Shown piece by piece: positions 27,827-37,173 of a stretch of DNA of 64,000 nt. A program made the translations under genes and the position numbers. Source of the DNA: Cenarchaeum sp. Lineage in GTDB: Archaea > Thermoproteota > Nitrososphaeria > Nitrososphaerales > Nitrosopumilaceae. The stretch spans positions 672,001-736,000 of the forward strand of contig OZ243037.1 in NCBI GenBank assembly GCA_965212015.1, read 5' to 3'. Position 1 is the stretch's first letter. Each line of letters opens with the position of its first letter. A model generated the notes under the pieces. That model was not told the origin of the DNA, searched no databases, and saw only the letters and a program-made list of their open reading frames with translations.

Positions 27827-28015
27827 TCATAGAAATCCGGGTCCTGCCGCATGATCAGGCGGGCTGCCCTTGTAGCGGATTATTACCGAGACCTGCGGCT
27901 TTTCATTGTGTACGTGGCTTGAGATTCTGATGTCAAGCACCTGCACGTCCTTGATGAACTTGTTTACCGATTTTTCCACTATATAGTCGACGCCGCTAAA
28001 GATCTTTACTGGCAT
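27827..28015 (-). CDS. Small hypothetical protein (Cse60/DUF2758-like pattern)
   Basis: MPVKIFSG...VEKSVNKFIKDVQVLDIRIS...VSVIIRYK. Confidence 0.6.
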   Translation of the reverse strand: MPVKIFSGVDYIVEKSVNKFIKDVQVLDIRISSHVHNEKPQVSVIIRYKGSPPDHAAGPGFL

Positions 28016-28056
28016 GCAGGGACTTGGCCTTGGAATTATTATATGCACCTATGGCG

Positions 28057-28074
28057 TGCCTGCGCCGGCAGGCA
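28057..28074. repeat. GC-rich REP-like hairpin (dispersed family)
   Basis: TGCCTGC-GCCG-GCAGGCA. Confidence 0.45.
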
Positions 28075-28210
28075 GGGGCGGCATCTGCGTGCCAGACCTG
28101 TTTGCGGCATTGTGGCCGGTCTTTTTTGCGGCCTGCCTGCCTTTGGGCGGATTCGGGCATCCCGGGGGCCTTTGGTTTTGTTTTTATTCCCACACAGGCG
28201 AGTCAATCCG

Positions 28211-30907
28211 TTGGACAAGGCAGACATTCTCAGGGCGTTTTCGGCGGATCCCGACAGGTACTACAAGGTGGGCCTGTTTGACGAGCAGGGCTTTGTCCGG
28301 AGATCGTGCGCAAAATGCGGGAGGTTTTTCTGGAGCATTGCAGAGTGCAGCACGTGTCCGGACGACTCGGAGGACACTTATTCGTTTATCGACAGCCCCG
28401 TGACTTCCCGGCGCTTTGACTATGTCCAGGCGTGGCAGCAGATCGAGGATTTTTTCGTGAAAAACGGCCACACCTCAGTCGGCAGGTATCCCGTGGTCTG
28501 CAGGTGGCGCGACGATCTTTACTTTACGATTGCAAGTATTGTTGATTTTCAGAGGGTGATGGGCTCAAAGGTGGTCTTTGAGTTTCCCGCAAACCCGCTG
28601 ATAGTCCCGCAGACGTGCCTGCGCTTCAAGGACTTGGAGAATGTGGGAATCACGGGCAGGCACTTTTCGTCGTTTTGCATGATAGGGCAGCACTCGATTC
28701 CAGGCGGAGGCGGATACTGGAAGGACGGATGTATAGACCTTGACTTTAGGCTGCTGACACAGCAGTTTGGAATTGCCCGGGAAAAAATCGTGTTCGTCGA
28801 GGATGTCTGGTCCGGCGGCGGCTCGTTTGGCTCGTCGCTGGAGTATTTCGTCGGCGGACTGGAGCTGGGAAACGCCGTCTTTACCGAGTTTCAGGGCGAG
28901 CTTGGACGGCACACCGTGCTGGATCAAAAGATAATCGACATGGGCGCCGGACTGGAGCGGCTTGCGTGGATTACAATGTCGACTCCCACGGCATACGACT
29001 GCTGTTTTGGGCCGATCACCGGCCATCTCTTTGAGAGTATGGGGATCGATTCGGGCACCGAGATGCTGTCAAGATATTTTACGGCGATTGCAAAAAACCT
29101 GGACAGGACAGGCGATCTTAACGAGGTAAAGCGGCTTGCGGCAAAAAAGGCCGGCCTCACAGACGGACAGCTGGAACGGATAATAAACCCGCTAGAGGGG
29201 GCGTACCTGGTTGCGGATCACACAAGGACGCTGATCTTTGCAATATCAGACGGCGCGCTGCCAAGCAACGTGGGCGGCGGCTACAACCTGAGGGTGATGC
29301 TTCGCAGGATAATCGGGACCATGGACGGGCTCGGGGCGAGACTTGACATGGACCGCCTGGTGGACTTGCACATCGACTATCTCAGGGACATGTATCCAGA
29401 GCTGGACGGCAGGAGGCAGGACGTCAAGACCATCCTGGGTATTGAGGCCGCAAGATACGGCGAGTCGAAGATCAGGATGGGAAACATTGCAGACAGGATG
29501 GCCGAAAAAAAGCAGACGCCCGGAATAGACGAGATGGTTACACTGTACGAGTCCGACGGCATAACGCCGGATTACCTTCGTGATCACGGCATAATCTCGG
29601 AAATCCCCTCTGCGTTTTACTCAAAGCTCTCAGAGCTGCACCAGTCCGACAAAAAGCCGGCGCAAAAGGGGTTTGCGCCGGAGGGGTTTGCAGAGACGGA
29701 TTTGCTTTTTTACAAGGACGATCCGATGCGGTTCACTGCCAGGGTGCTCGGGACGTTTGAGCGTTCCGTCATACTTGACAGGACGTCGTTTTATGCAAGG
29801 GGCGGCGGACAGGAGCCCGATCACGGGACGATCGGCGGCTTTGAGGTGACAGACGTCAGCAGGCATGCGGGCGTCATCGTGCATACCCTTAGTGGGGGGA
29901 TGCCAAACCGCGGGGATTCCGTGCAGTGTGTGGTGGATGAAAAAAGGCGATCCGACATTACGAAAAACCACACAAGCACGCACATACTCAACTCGTCGAC
30001 CCGCAAGGTGCTAGGCTCGTGGGTGTGGCAGCACTCTGCATTCAAGGAGGCCGATCACGGCAGGCTGGACATCACCCACCACTCGTCACTTTCTGACGGG
30101 CAGGTGCGGCAAATTGAGGATACTGCCAACGAGATAGTCGCCCAAGACCTCCGTGTCGACATACGGGATCATGACAGGGGGGCAGCAGAGCAAATGTACG
30201 GCTTTAGAATTTACCAGGGCGGCGTGGTTCCGGTAAAATCCGTCAGAATCGTCTCGATCGGTGACTTTGATGTGGAGGCCTGCGGCGGGACGCACGTAAA
30301 GAAAACCGGCGACATTGGGCTGATAAAGATTACAAAGACCAAGAGAATTCAGGACGGCGTGGTAAGGCTAGAGTTCGTCTCTGGCCCAAACGCGCAGCAA
30401 TACGTCAGGCACCACGCAGACGACTGGCAGAAAAAACACGCAGATGCGGAGGCCAAGGAAAGCCACGACAGGCTCCGGAGTCAGAAAAAGGAGCGGGACA
30501 GGGCCGTCATCTCTGAAGTGCTCGCACAGCTTGAAACGCTTGACGGCACGGCCACCATTAACGGAATTGAAATTGACGCAAAAGGCGCCGGACCGCTGTG
30601 CTTTACTGCAAGCGACAGGTACGACGAGTATTTCCATGTCAGTTTCGGCAAAAAGCTCACAGGAGCGCACCCCGGCGCCGTATACTGCGGAATCTTTGAT
30701 GCGGGACCTGCAATACGCATAATCGCATACGCCGGCAGGCAGGCCCCAAAGACTGCGCTGGAAATTGCGCAGCAGGTCTCCGGCATTCTGGGCGGCTCCT
30801 TTGGCGGCGGCGATGCCTTTGCGCAGGGCGGCGGAAAGGACGCATCCAAAAGGGACGAGGCCGTAGGCAAAGCAAGATTAATGGTTCTAGGCAGGCGAGA
30901 CCTGTGA
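28211..30907 (+). CDS. alaS: Alanine--tRNA ligase
   Basis: YPVVCRWRDD, ASIVDFQ, ELGNAVF, DMGAGLER, HTSTH, EACGGTH; start TTG 28211. Confidence 0.97.
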   Translation: MDKADILRAFSADPDRYYKVGLFDEQGFVRRSCAKCGRFFWSIAECSTCPDDSEDTYSFIDSPVTSRRFDYVQAWQQIEDFFVKNGHTSVGRYPVVCRWRDDLYFTIASIVDFQRVMGSKVVFEFPANPLIVPQTCLRFKDLENVGITGRHFSSFCMIGQHSIPGGGGYWKDGCIDLDFRLLTQQFGIAREKIVFVEDVWSGGGSFGSSLEYFVGGLELGNAVFTEFQGELGRHTVLDQKIIDMGAGLERLAWITMSTPTAYDCCFGPITGHLFESMGIDSGTEMLSRYFTAIAKNLDRTGDLNEVKRLAAKKAGLTDGQLERIINPLEGAYLVADHTRTLIFAISDGALPSNVGGGYNLRVMLRRIIGTMDGLGARLDMDRLVDLHIDYLRDMYPELDGRRQDVKTILGIEAARYGESKIRMGNIADRMAEKKQTPGIDEMVTLYESDGITPDYLRDHGIISEIPSAFYSKLSELHQSDKKPAQKGFAPEGFAETDLLFYKDDPMRFTARVLGTFERSVILDRTSFYARGGGQEPDHGTIGGFEVTDVSRHAGVIVHTLSGGMPNRGDSVQCVVDEKRRSDITKNHTSTHILNSSTRKVLGSWVWQHSAFKEADHGRLDITHHSSLSDGQVRQIEDTANEIVAQDLRVDIRDHDRGAAEQMYGFRIYQGGVVPVKSVRIVSIGDFDVEACGGTHVKKTGDIGLIKITKTKRIQDGVVRLEFVSGPNAQQYVRHHADDWQKKHADAEAKESHDRLRSQKKERDRAVISEVLAQLETLDGTATINGIEIDAKGAGPLCFTASDRYDEYFHVSFGKKLTGAHPGAVYCGIFDAGPAIRIIAYAGRQAPKTALEIAQQVSGILGGSFGGGDAFAQGGGKDASKRDEAVGKARLMVLGRRDL

Positions 30908-33759
30908 TGGACTGGGGTTTAATGGAGGCAAAGTGGAGAAAAAGGTGGGAGGAGCGGCGGCACTTTGAGGCAAATCCCGACGACAGGCCGAAAAAATTCA
31001 TAACTGTGGCATACCCCTATCCGAACTCGCCGCAGCACATAGGGCACGGCAGGACGTACACCATAGCGGACATTCATGCGAGGTACTACAGGATGCGGGG
31101 ATTCAACGTGCTGTTCCCCATGGCGTTTCACTATACCGGAACCCCGATTCTCGGCATGTCAAAAAGGGTAGAGTCAAAAGATCCCGAGATAATGGACGGG
31201 CTGAGGAACATCTATCACGTGGCAGACGACGTCATCAGGACGTTTGTCGAGCCGGTAAAGATTGCGGATTACTTTCATGCAGAGATCAAGGCCGGAATGA
31301 TCGAAATGGGATACTCGATCGACTGGCGCAGGGAGTTTACCACGATTGATCCCGCCTATCAAAAGTTCATCGAGTGGCAGGTCTCCACGCTGCGTGAAAA
31401 AAACCTGATAATCCAGGGCTCGCATCCGGTCGGCTGGTGCCCGAAGGATCAGAATCCCGTCTCGCAGCACGACACGCTAGGCGACGTAGAGCCGGACTTT
31501 ACAGAATACATACTAGTCAAGTTCAAGATGGGGGATTTTGTCATTCCCGCCGCCACGCTGCGGCCTGAGACCGTGTTTGGCGTGACGAACCTCTGGGTAA
31601 ACCCCGAGGTGACATACGAAAAGATATCCGTCGACGGCGAAAAATGGATAGTCTCCGGCCAGTGCGCGTACAAGCTGGAATTTCTGGACAAAAAAATCAC
31701 GCACGACGGCACAATTTCAGGCCGCGAGCTTGCCGGAAAAACAGCATCCGTTCCCGGCAGAGGCACAAAAGTCCCCATCCTGGCCGCAGGCTTTGTCGAG
31801 GCGCAGACGGGGACCGGCCTTGTAATGTCGGTGCCTGCGCACGCCCCGTTTGACTGGCAGGCACTCGAGGATCTCAAAAAAACCGGGGATGCTGCGGCGC
31901 TGCAAATAGAGCCGATATCCATCATTGCGACTGACGGGTATGGCGACTGTCCCGCCATGGAGGTGTGCCGGGGCCTCAAAATCAAAGACCAGGACGATCC
32001 CCGCCTAAAGGAGGCCACCTCAGAGGTATACGGAAAAGAGTTCTATGGCGGGATCCTAGGGGAGAACACGGCAGAGTTTGCAGGACGCAAGGTGTCCGAA
32101 TCAAGGGAGCCCATAAGGGAATGGCTGGCAGCACGTGGATGCGCCGACGTCCTGCTAGAGCTGACAGAGTCAGTCAGGTGCCGCTGCGGGGCCCGGTGCC
32201 TAGTCAAGATTCTTGCAAACCAGTGGTTTTTAGACTATGGGAACAAGCAGTGGAAGGCACAGGCCGCGCGGTGCTTTGATGGCATGAGCATCATACCGCA
32301 GGAGATAAGAAAAGAGTTCGTCGCAGTGCTTGACTGGCTTCACGAGCGCGCATGCGCAAGGCAGCACGGCCTTGGAACCAGGCTTCCGTGGGACGGGGAC
32401 TGGATGGTGGAGAGCCTGTCGGACTCTGTAATTTACATGGCATACTATACCCTGGCAAGGTTTGTAAACGACGGGACGATACGCGCAGAATCGCTCTCTG
32501 GCGAGTTTTTTGACTTTGTGCTGCTCGGCTCCGGCGATGCGCAGGACGCATCAGAAAAAACCGGAATTTCTGCGGATGTCCTGCGCGAGATAAGAGGTGA
32601 GTTTTCGTATTTTTATCCGGTCGATTCGCGCCACTCGGGCCGCGACCTGATTCCAAACCACCTGACGTTTTTCATCCTGAACCATGTCGCGATATTTCCG
32701 GAGCGCGACTGGCCGCAGGAGATAGTAGTCAACGGCTCTGTCCTCATGGACGGGAAAAAAATGTCAAAAAGCATGGGAAACATAATCCCGCTGCGGCAGG
32801 CAATAAAGGAGCACGGGGCCGATCCGATACGCCTTGCAATAATAATATCCTCCGAGCTGCTTCAGGACGCGGACTTTAACCTGGAATCCGTCGCCGGAAT
32901 CAAGGGCAAGCTCGAGGCGCTGCACGAGCAGTGCTCCAGAATTGCGCCGCAGGAGCCAGAAATGCTTGCGGCAGAGGACAGGTGGATAAACAGCAAGCTG
33001 CAAGAGATGATAGCCGACGTGACTGCGTCAATTGAGGGCGTGCGCCTCCGTGAGGGGCTGCATTATATACTGTTTGCCTTTGAGGCCAGCCTGCACTGGT
33101 ATCTGAGGCGCGCAAGGGCAAAGGGCAGAAAGGACACCGACGCAATGCTGTACAGGATAAACAGGGTGCGAACCGCAATGCTCTCCCCGTTTGCGCCGCA
33201 TATCGCCGAGGAGCTGTGGGAGGCCATGGGGCAGACAGGAATGGTCTCGCAGTCCGAGTGGCCAAAAGTCGCGCACGACGGGATTGATCCTGCCGCCATA
33301 CAGGCAGAGAATCTTCTCGCCGTGCTGATGGACGACATTGCAAAGATAGTAAAGGTGACAAAGATGGCGCCAAAAAGGGCCATAATATACACGGCAGACG
33401 GCCTAAAGTCCGAGTCATACCGCACCATACTGGGGCACGTGATGGCGTCCCGGACCGACATGGGGGTGATAATGCGGGATCTCATAGCATCGCCGGATAC
33501 CGCACAGATAAAGTCCAATCCGGATTTCGTCCAAAGGGCAATCCGGGACATACTGTCAGAGACTGTCGCCATCAAAAAGGCAAGAATGCAGGCAAAAATA
33601 GACGAAAAGGCCGTAATTCTGGGCGAGCTTGCCTGCCTTGCAAGGGCCGATTTGGGCGTGGAGGTGGAGGTCTATTCAGAGTCCGACCCCGGGATATACG
33701 ATCCGCAGGGCAAGGCGCGCCACGCAAGGCCGTTCAGGCCTGCAATCTATATGGAGTGA
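30904..33759 (+). CDS. leuS: Leucine--tRNA ligase
   Basis: PYPNSPQHIGH, TLRPET, KMSKS. Confidence 0.97.
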   Translation: MMDWGLMEAKWRKRWEERRHFEANPDDRPKKFITVAYPYPNSPQHIGHGRTYTIADIHARYYRMRGFNVLFPMAFHYTGTPILGMSKRVESKDPEIMDGLRNIYHVADDVIRTFVEPVKIADYFHAEIKAGMIEMGYSIDWRREFTTIDPAYQKFIEWQVSTLREKNLIIQGSHPVGWCPKDQNPVSQHDTLGDVEPDFTEYILVKFKMGDFVIPAATLRPETVFGVTNLWVNPEVTYEKISVDGEKWIVSGQCAYKLEFLDKKITHDGTISGRELAGKTASVPGRGTKVPILAAGFVEAQTGTGLVMSVPAHAPFDWQALEDLKKTGDAAALQIEPISIIATDGYGDCPAMEVCRGLKIKDQDDPRLKEATSEVYGKEFYGGILGENTAEFAGRKVSESREPIREWLAARGCADVLLELTESVRCRCGARCLVKILANQWFLDYGNKQWKAQAARCFDGMSIIPQEIRKEFVAVLDWLHERACARQHGLGTRLPWDGDWMVESLSDSVIYMAYYTLARFVNDGTIRAESLSGEFFDFVLLGSGDAQDASEKTGISADVLREIRGEFSYFYPVDSRHSGRDLIPNHLTFFILNHVAIFPERDWPQEIVVNGSVLMDGKKMSKSMGNIIPLRQAIKEHGADPIRLAIIISSELLQDADFNLESVAGIKGKLEALHEQCSRIAPQEPEMLAAEDRWINSKLQEMIADVTASIEGVRLREGLHYILFAFEASLHWYLRRARAKGRKDTDAMLYRINRVRTAMLSPFAPHIAEELWEAMGQTGMVSQSEWPKVAHDGIDPAAIQAENLLAVLMDDIAKIVKVTKMAPKRAIIYTADGLKSESYRTILGHVMASRTDMGVIMRDLIASPDTAQIKSNPDFVQRAIRDILSETVAIKKARMQAKIDEKAVILGELACLARADLGVEVEVYSESDPGIYDPQGKARHARPFRPAIYME

Positions 33760-33839
33760 GATAAATCTAGAAAAATAGATCCAATGTTGTAATTTATTTT
33801 ATCTGATAGCTTGTTAATGAAATCCGTCAGGGAATTCTC

Positions 33840-36089
33840 GTGAAAGGCATAGCATTGGTACTGATTTTGTTCTCAATTACGCTTTATTCTGCGTCTGCAG
33901 CCGTGCCTGACAAGCCTACTGACCTTGATGCGCAGGACATCTCCCCGACCCAGATAAAACTGTCCTGGAACGCCCCAGATGACGTTGATCCTCCCATAAC
34001 GGGCTTTAAGATAGAGGTGAGTACCTCGTCGGGCAGCTATTATCCCGTGGCCGAAGATACCGGCTCGACTAGCACCGTATACGTGCACAAGGATCTTGTG
34101 ACTGACAAGACATACAATTATCGGGTTTATGCAATAAACGACGACGGCACAAGCCAGGCGTCACGGAAGGCCTCGGCTACGCCGACAGACTCGTCAAAAT
34201 CCAACGAAAATCCGCCGCCTGCGCCGACGCGGCTGACGGCAAAGGACGTGTCGCCGACAAAGATTGAGCTGAGCTGGAAGGAGCCGCCGTCAGGCGACCA
34301 TCCCGATGTCACCGGATACAAAATAGAGCACAAGATCGACTCTGGATCATACAAGGTCCTGGTCAACAATACAAAAAGCACTGATTCTGAATATTCTGCC
34401 ACCGGGCTCAAGACAAACGCGGCGCACACTTTTCGCGTCTCGGCCCTCAACTCGTTCGGGTTCGGTCCTGCATCAGACGAGGCGACTGCCACCCCGACTT
34501 CCTCGTCTGCCGGCAAAAAAGAGTCAGTCGTTCCAAGCAAGCCAGTCAGGCTCAAGGCCTCTGCAGTCTCGCCGAGTGAAATCCAGGTGACATGGAAGGC
34601 ACCCACCGCAAACAAGGGCCCGGACGTCACAAGCTACCAGATCGAAGTAAAGATAAACGACGGGGCATTCAACGTGCTGGAATACGAGTATGAAAACCTC
34701 GCATACAAGCACGAGAATCTTGATCCGAGCAACTCTTACACGTACAGGCTTGCCGCCAGAAACTCCATAGGACTGGGCGACGCCGTTACCGCAAAGGAGC
34801 AGCCCGAGCACACGCTGGTCCCCACAAACCTTACGGTGGTGGAAATCTCGCCGACAAAGGCAAGATTGGAATGGGACCCCCCGTCAGAAACCTACGGCCT
34901 GCCAATCCGCGAGTATGATGTGAAAATAAAACTCACGCTGGACAAGTACGAGACTGTGGAAAGCACGGGCAAGCCCTCGCTTGTCCTCTCTGATCTAGAG
35001 ACCGGCAAGGCGTACGTCTATGTCGTTGTTGCAAAATTCACGCATGTTGCGTCTAACCCCTCTGACGAAATCACGATAAAGCTCACAGAGGAATCCGGCG
35101 GCACGCCGGCAAGCCCGCCGAGCAAGCCGATCAACTTGCAGGCATCATCCTCGTCCCCCATCCAGGTCGACCTGACGTGGAACAAGCCGGCCAACGACGG
35201 AGGCTCGCCCATTACGGGATACAAGATTGATCTAGGGATAAACGACGGCGAGTTCATAACGCTAGTCGAGGACACAAAAAAGACGACCAGGGTGTTCTTT
35301 CATACAGAAAGGGTTCCCGACACCACCTACCACTACAAGGTGTATGCGATAAACGAGGCAGGCACGAGCCAGGCATCCAACGAGGCATCTGCCACGCCTG
35401 CAGAGCCTGTCCCGGTGCTCAAAGTCACCGTCCCTTCTGCCCCGCTGAACCTCAATGCCACTGCCGCCATGCCGGACCAGGTTGAGCTCAGATGGGATGC
35501 GCCCGAGTCCGACGGCGGCGCAATCATCAAGGGGTACAAAATAGAGGTAAAGAGGGACTCTGGCGACTTTGGCGTGCTTTTGGATAACATTGGCAAAAGG
35601 TCCTACCTGCATACGGTAAGCCCGGAGAACTCTACTTACACGTACAAGGTTTATGCCACAAACGAGGCAGGAGCAGGCGATCCGTCAAAATCCGCAACAG
35701 CGCAGATTGTCATTGAAAAAGAAGAGCCACCCGATCCCAGGCTGCGGGTTCCGGGCTTTCCGGATCCGGACACCGATCCCCAGCGCTATATAGACAGGTA
35801 CGACAACGAGACGGCATTCAGGGACTGGTTTGACGGTACCTTTCCGGATTACACCATATACGATATAGTGGGGATTCCAGAGCCCGTAGTTGAGCCGCCA
35901 ACTGAGGAGGAGATCCGGGAGAAATACTATACAGACCGACTCTCCGAGCCGGCATACAAAAAATGGTTTGACTCGTACTTTGCGGACATGGAGCTAGCCG
36001 ACATACTAGACGAGGAGCCGGAGTTTGGGCTGTGCGGCGAGGGCACGGAGCTCAGAGACGGCATCTGCCAGATAATAATAAAATCCTGA
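33840..36089 (+). CDS. Secreted/surface protein with six fibronectin type III domains
   Basis: Signal peptide; six P..P..L.A....I.LSW..P....GY.I....Y.YRV.A.N..G repeats; C-terminal W-F-D motif twice and CGEGTELRDGIC. Confidence 0.92.
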   Translation: MKGIALVLILFSITLYSASAAVPDKPTDLDAQDISPTQIKLSWNAPDDVDPPITGFKIEVSTSSGSYYPVAEDTGSTSTVYVHKDLVTDKTYNYRVYAINDDGTSQASRKASATPTDSSKSNENPPPAPTRLTAKDVSPTKIELSWKEPPSGDHPDVTGYKIEHKIDSGSYKVLVNNTKSTDSEYSATGLKTNAAHTFRVSALNSFGFGPASDEATATPTSSSAGKKESVVPSKPVRLKASAVSPSEIQVTWKAPTANKGPDVTSYQIEVKINDGAFNVLEYEYENLAYKHENLDPSNSYTYRLAARNSIGLGDAVTAKEQPEHTLVPTNLTVVEISPTKARLEWDPPSETYGLPIREYDVKIKLTLDKYETVESTGKPSLVLSDLETGKAYVYVVVAKFTHVASNPSDEITIKLTEESGGTPASPPSKPINLQASSSSPIQVDLTWNKPANDGGSPITGYKIDLGINDGEFITLVEDTKKTTRVFFHTERVPDTTYHYKVYAINEAGTSQASNEASATPAEPVPVLKVTVPSAPLNLNATAAMPDQVELRWDAPESDGGAIIKGYKIEVKRDSGDFGVLLDNIGKRSYLHTVSPENSTYTYKVYATNEAGAGDPSKSATAQIVIEKEEPPDPRLRVPGFPDPDTDPQRYIDRYDNETAFRDWFDGTFPDYTIYDIVGIPEPVVEPPTEEEIREKYYTDRLSEPAYKKWFDSYFADMELADILDEEPEFGLCGEGTELRDGICQIIIKS

Positions 36090-36151
36090 CAGATATTCGG
36101 ACCGTGATCGAGTTCAAATCTTAAATATTTTCAAATACAAGACACCGTAAA

Positions 36152-36841
36152 ATGCCGCGTGCAAAAACCGCCAATCTGGCAGAAAAAGTATGGGACACAC
36201 ACTACGGAAAGCCGGCCACACCGCAGAGGCCGATCCCGTTTACAAAGACGATAATGGGCATGGTCGACTCTGAATTCCGCACAGGAAGGGGGCTGTATGT
36301 GGGGTGCGGAAACGGCAGAAACTATATTCCGCTGGTGCGGCACGGGCTGGACATCGACGGGCTGGACATATCAGGGACGGGACTGGAATACATCAGGGGC
36401 AAGATCCCCGGATGCACGCTCTTGCACAAAGACATGCTAGAGTATTCTGCAAGGCCGTACGACTATCTGATATCCATACAGGTGTTCCAGCACGGGAACC
36501 TGGACACCGCAAAGAGGTACATAGAAAAATCACACGCCCTTTTAAAAAAGGACGGACTGTTGTTCCTGCGGGTAAACTCTGCATCGACAAAAATCTTTTA
36601 CGGGCACAAAACCATAGGGGGGGATATGGGCCGCACCATACTGTACACGCAGGGCCCAAAAGACGGGCTGGTGGTACACTTTTTTACAAAAGAGGGGATT
36701 CTGGAGCTCCTCGGGCCGTACTTTGAGCTGCAAGGCCAGATAAGCGAGAGAAAAATGCGGCGGGCCCCCCCAAAGAGCGGGTTTTGGGCACAGCTTGAGC
36801 TGGTGCTGCGCAGGAAACCCCGGCGCACCGGTAGACCCTGA
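36152..36841 (+). CDS. Class I SAM-dependent methyltransferase
   Basis: LYVGCGNGRN, GLDIS, YDYLIS, LKKDGLL. Confidence 0.88.
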   Translation: MPRAKTANLAEKVWDTHYGKPATPQRPIPFTKTIMGMVDSEFRTGRGLYVGCGNGRNYIPLVRHGLDIDGLDISGTGLEYIRGKIPGCTLLHKDMLEYSARPYDYLISIQVFQHGNLDTAKRYIEKSHALLKKDGLLFLRVNSASTKIFYGHKTIGGDMGRTILYTQGPKDGLVVHFFTKEGILELLGPYFELQGQISERKMRRAPPKSGFWAQLELVLRRKPRRTGRP

Positions 36842-36962
36842 AATCCGCCTGCCGTCTGGCGCGGCAACAGCCGGCAGGATCCCGTCCTGTGCAAGACCCT
36901 CCGGGCCCAAATCTGCGCAACTGGCAATAACATTAATAGATGGCCGCATGGGAGCCAAGACC

Positions 36963-37079
36963 AAGCCGGCCATAGCGTTAGGGTGCGACCCAATCCCATT
37001 CCGAACTTGGAAGTCAAACCTAATGTCGCTGTTGTGCTACTAAGATGCGAGAGCTCTTGGGAAGCAACAGTGCTGGCAT
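36963..37079 (+). rRNA. rrf: 5S ribosomal RNA (stand-alone)
   Basis: GGCCATAGCG...ACCCAATCCCATTCCGAACTTGGAAGTCAAACC...GGGAAG...GTGCTGGC; helix I GCCGGC/GCTGGC; T-tract after the 3' end. Confidence 0.93.
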
Positions 37080-37173
37080 TTTTCAATCATTCCGTACCTG
37101 CCAGTAGCGGCGCACGTTTTCAGATCACTGCAGTCAATCCAAATAAATAACACAGCCGCGTTGGCCCCGTATC

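Noticed and set aside
28043-28210. N-terminal extension of AlaRS
   Set aside because: GC-rich palindromic spacer; TTTTTAT and TTG 28211 give the expected start
36963-37079. Unlinked 5S rRNA as a novelty
   Set aside because: Separation from 16S-23S is normal in this archaeal group
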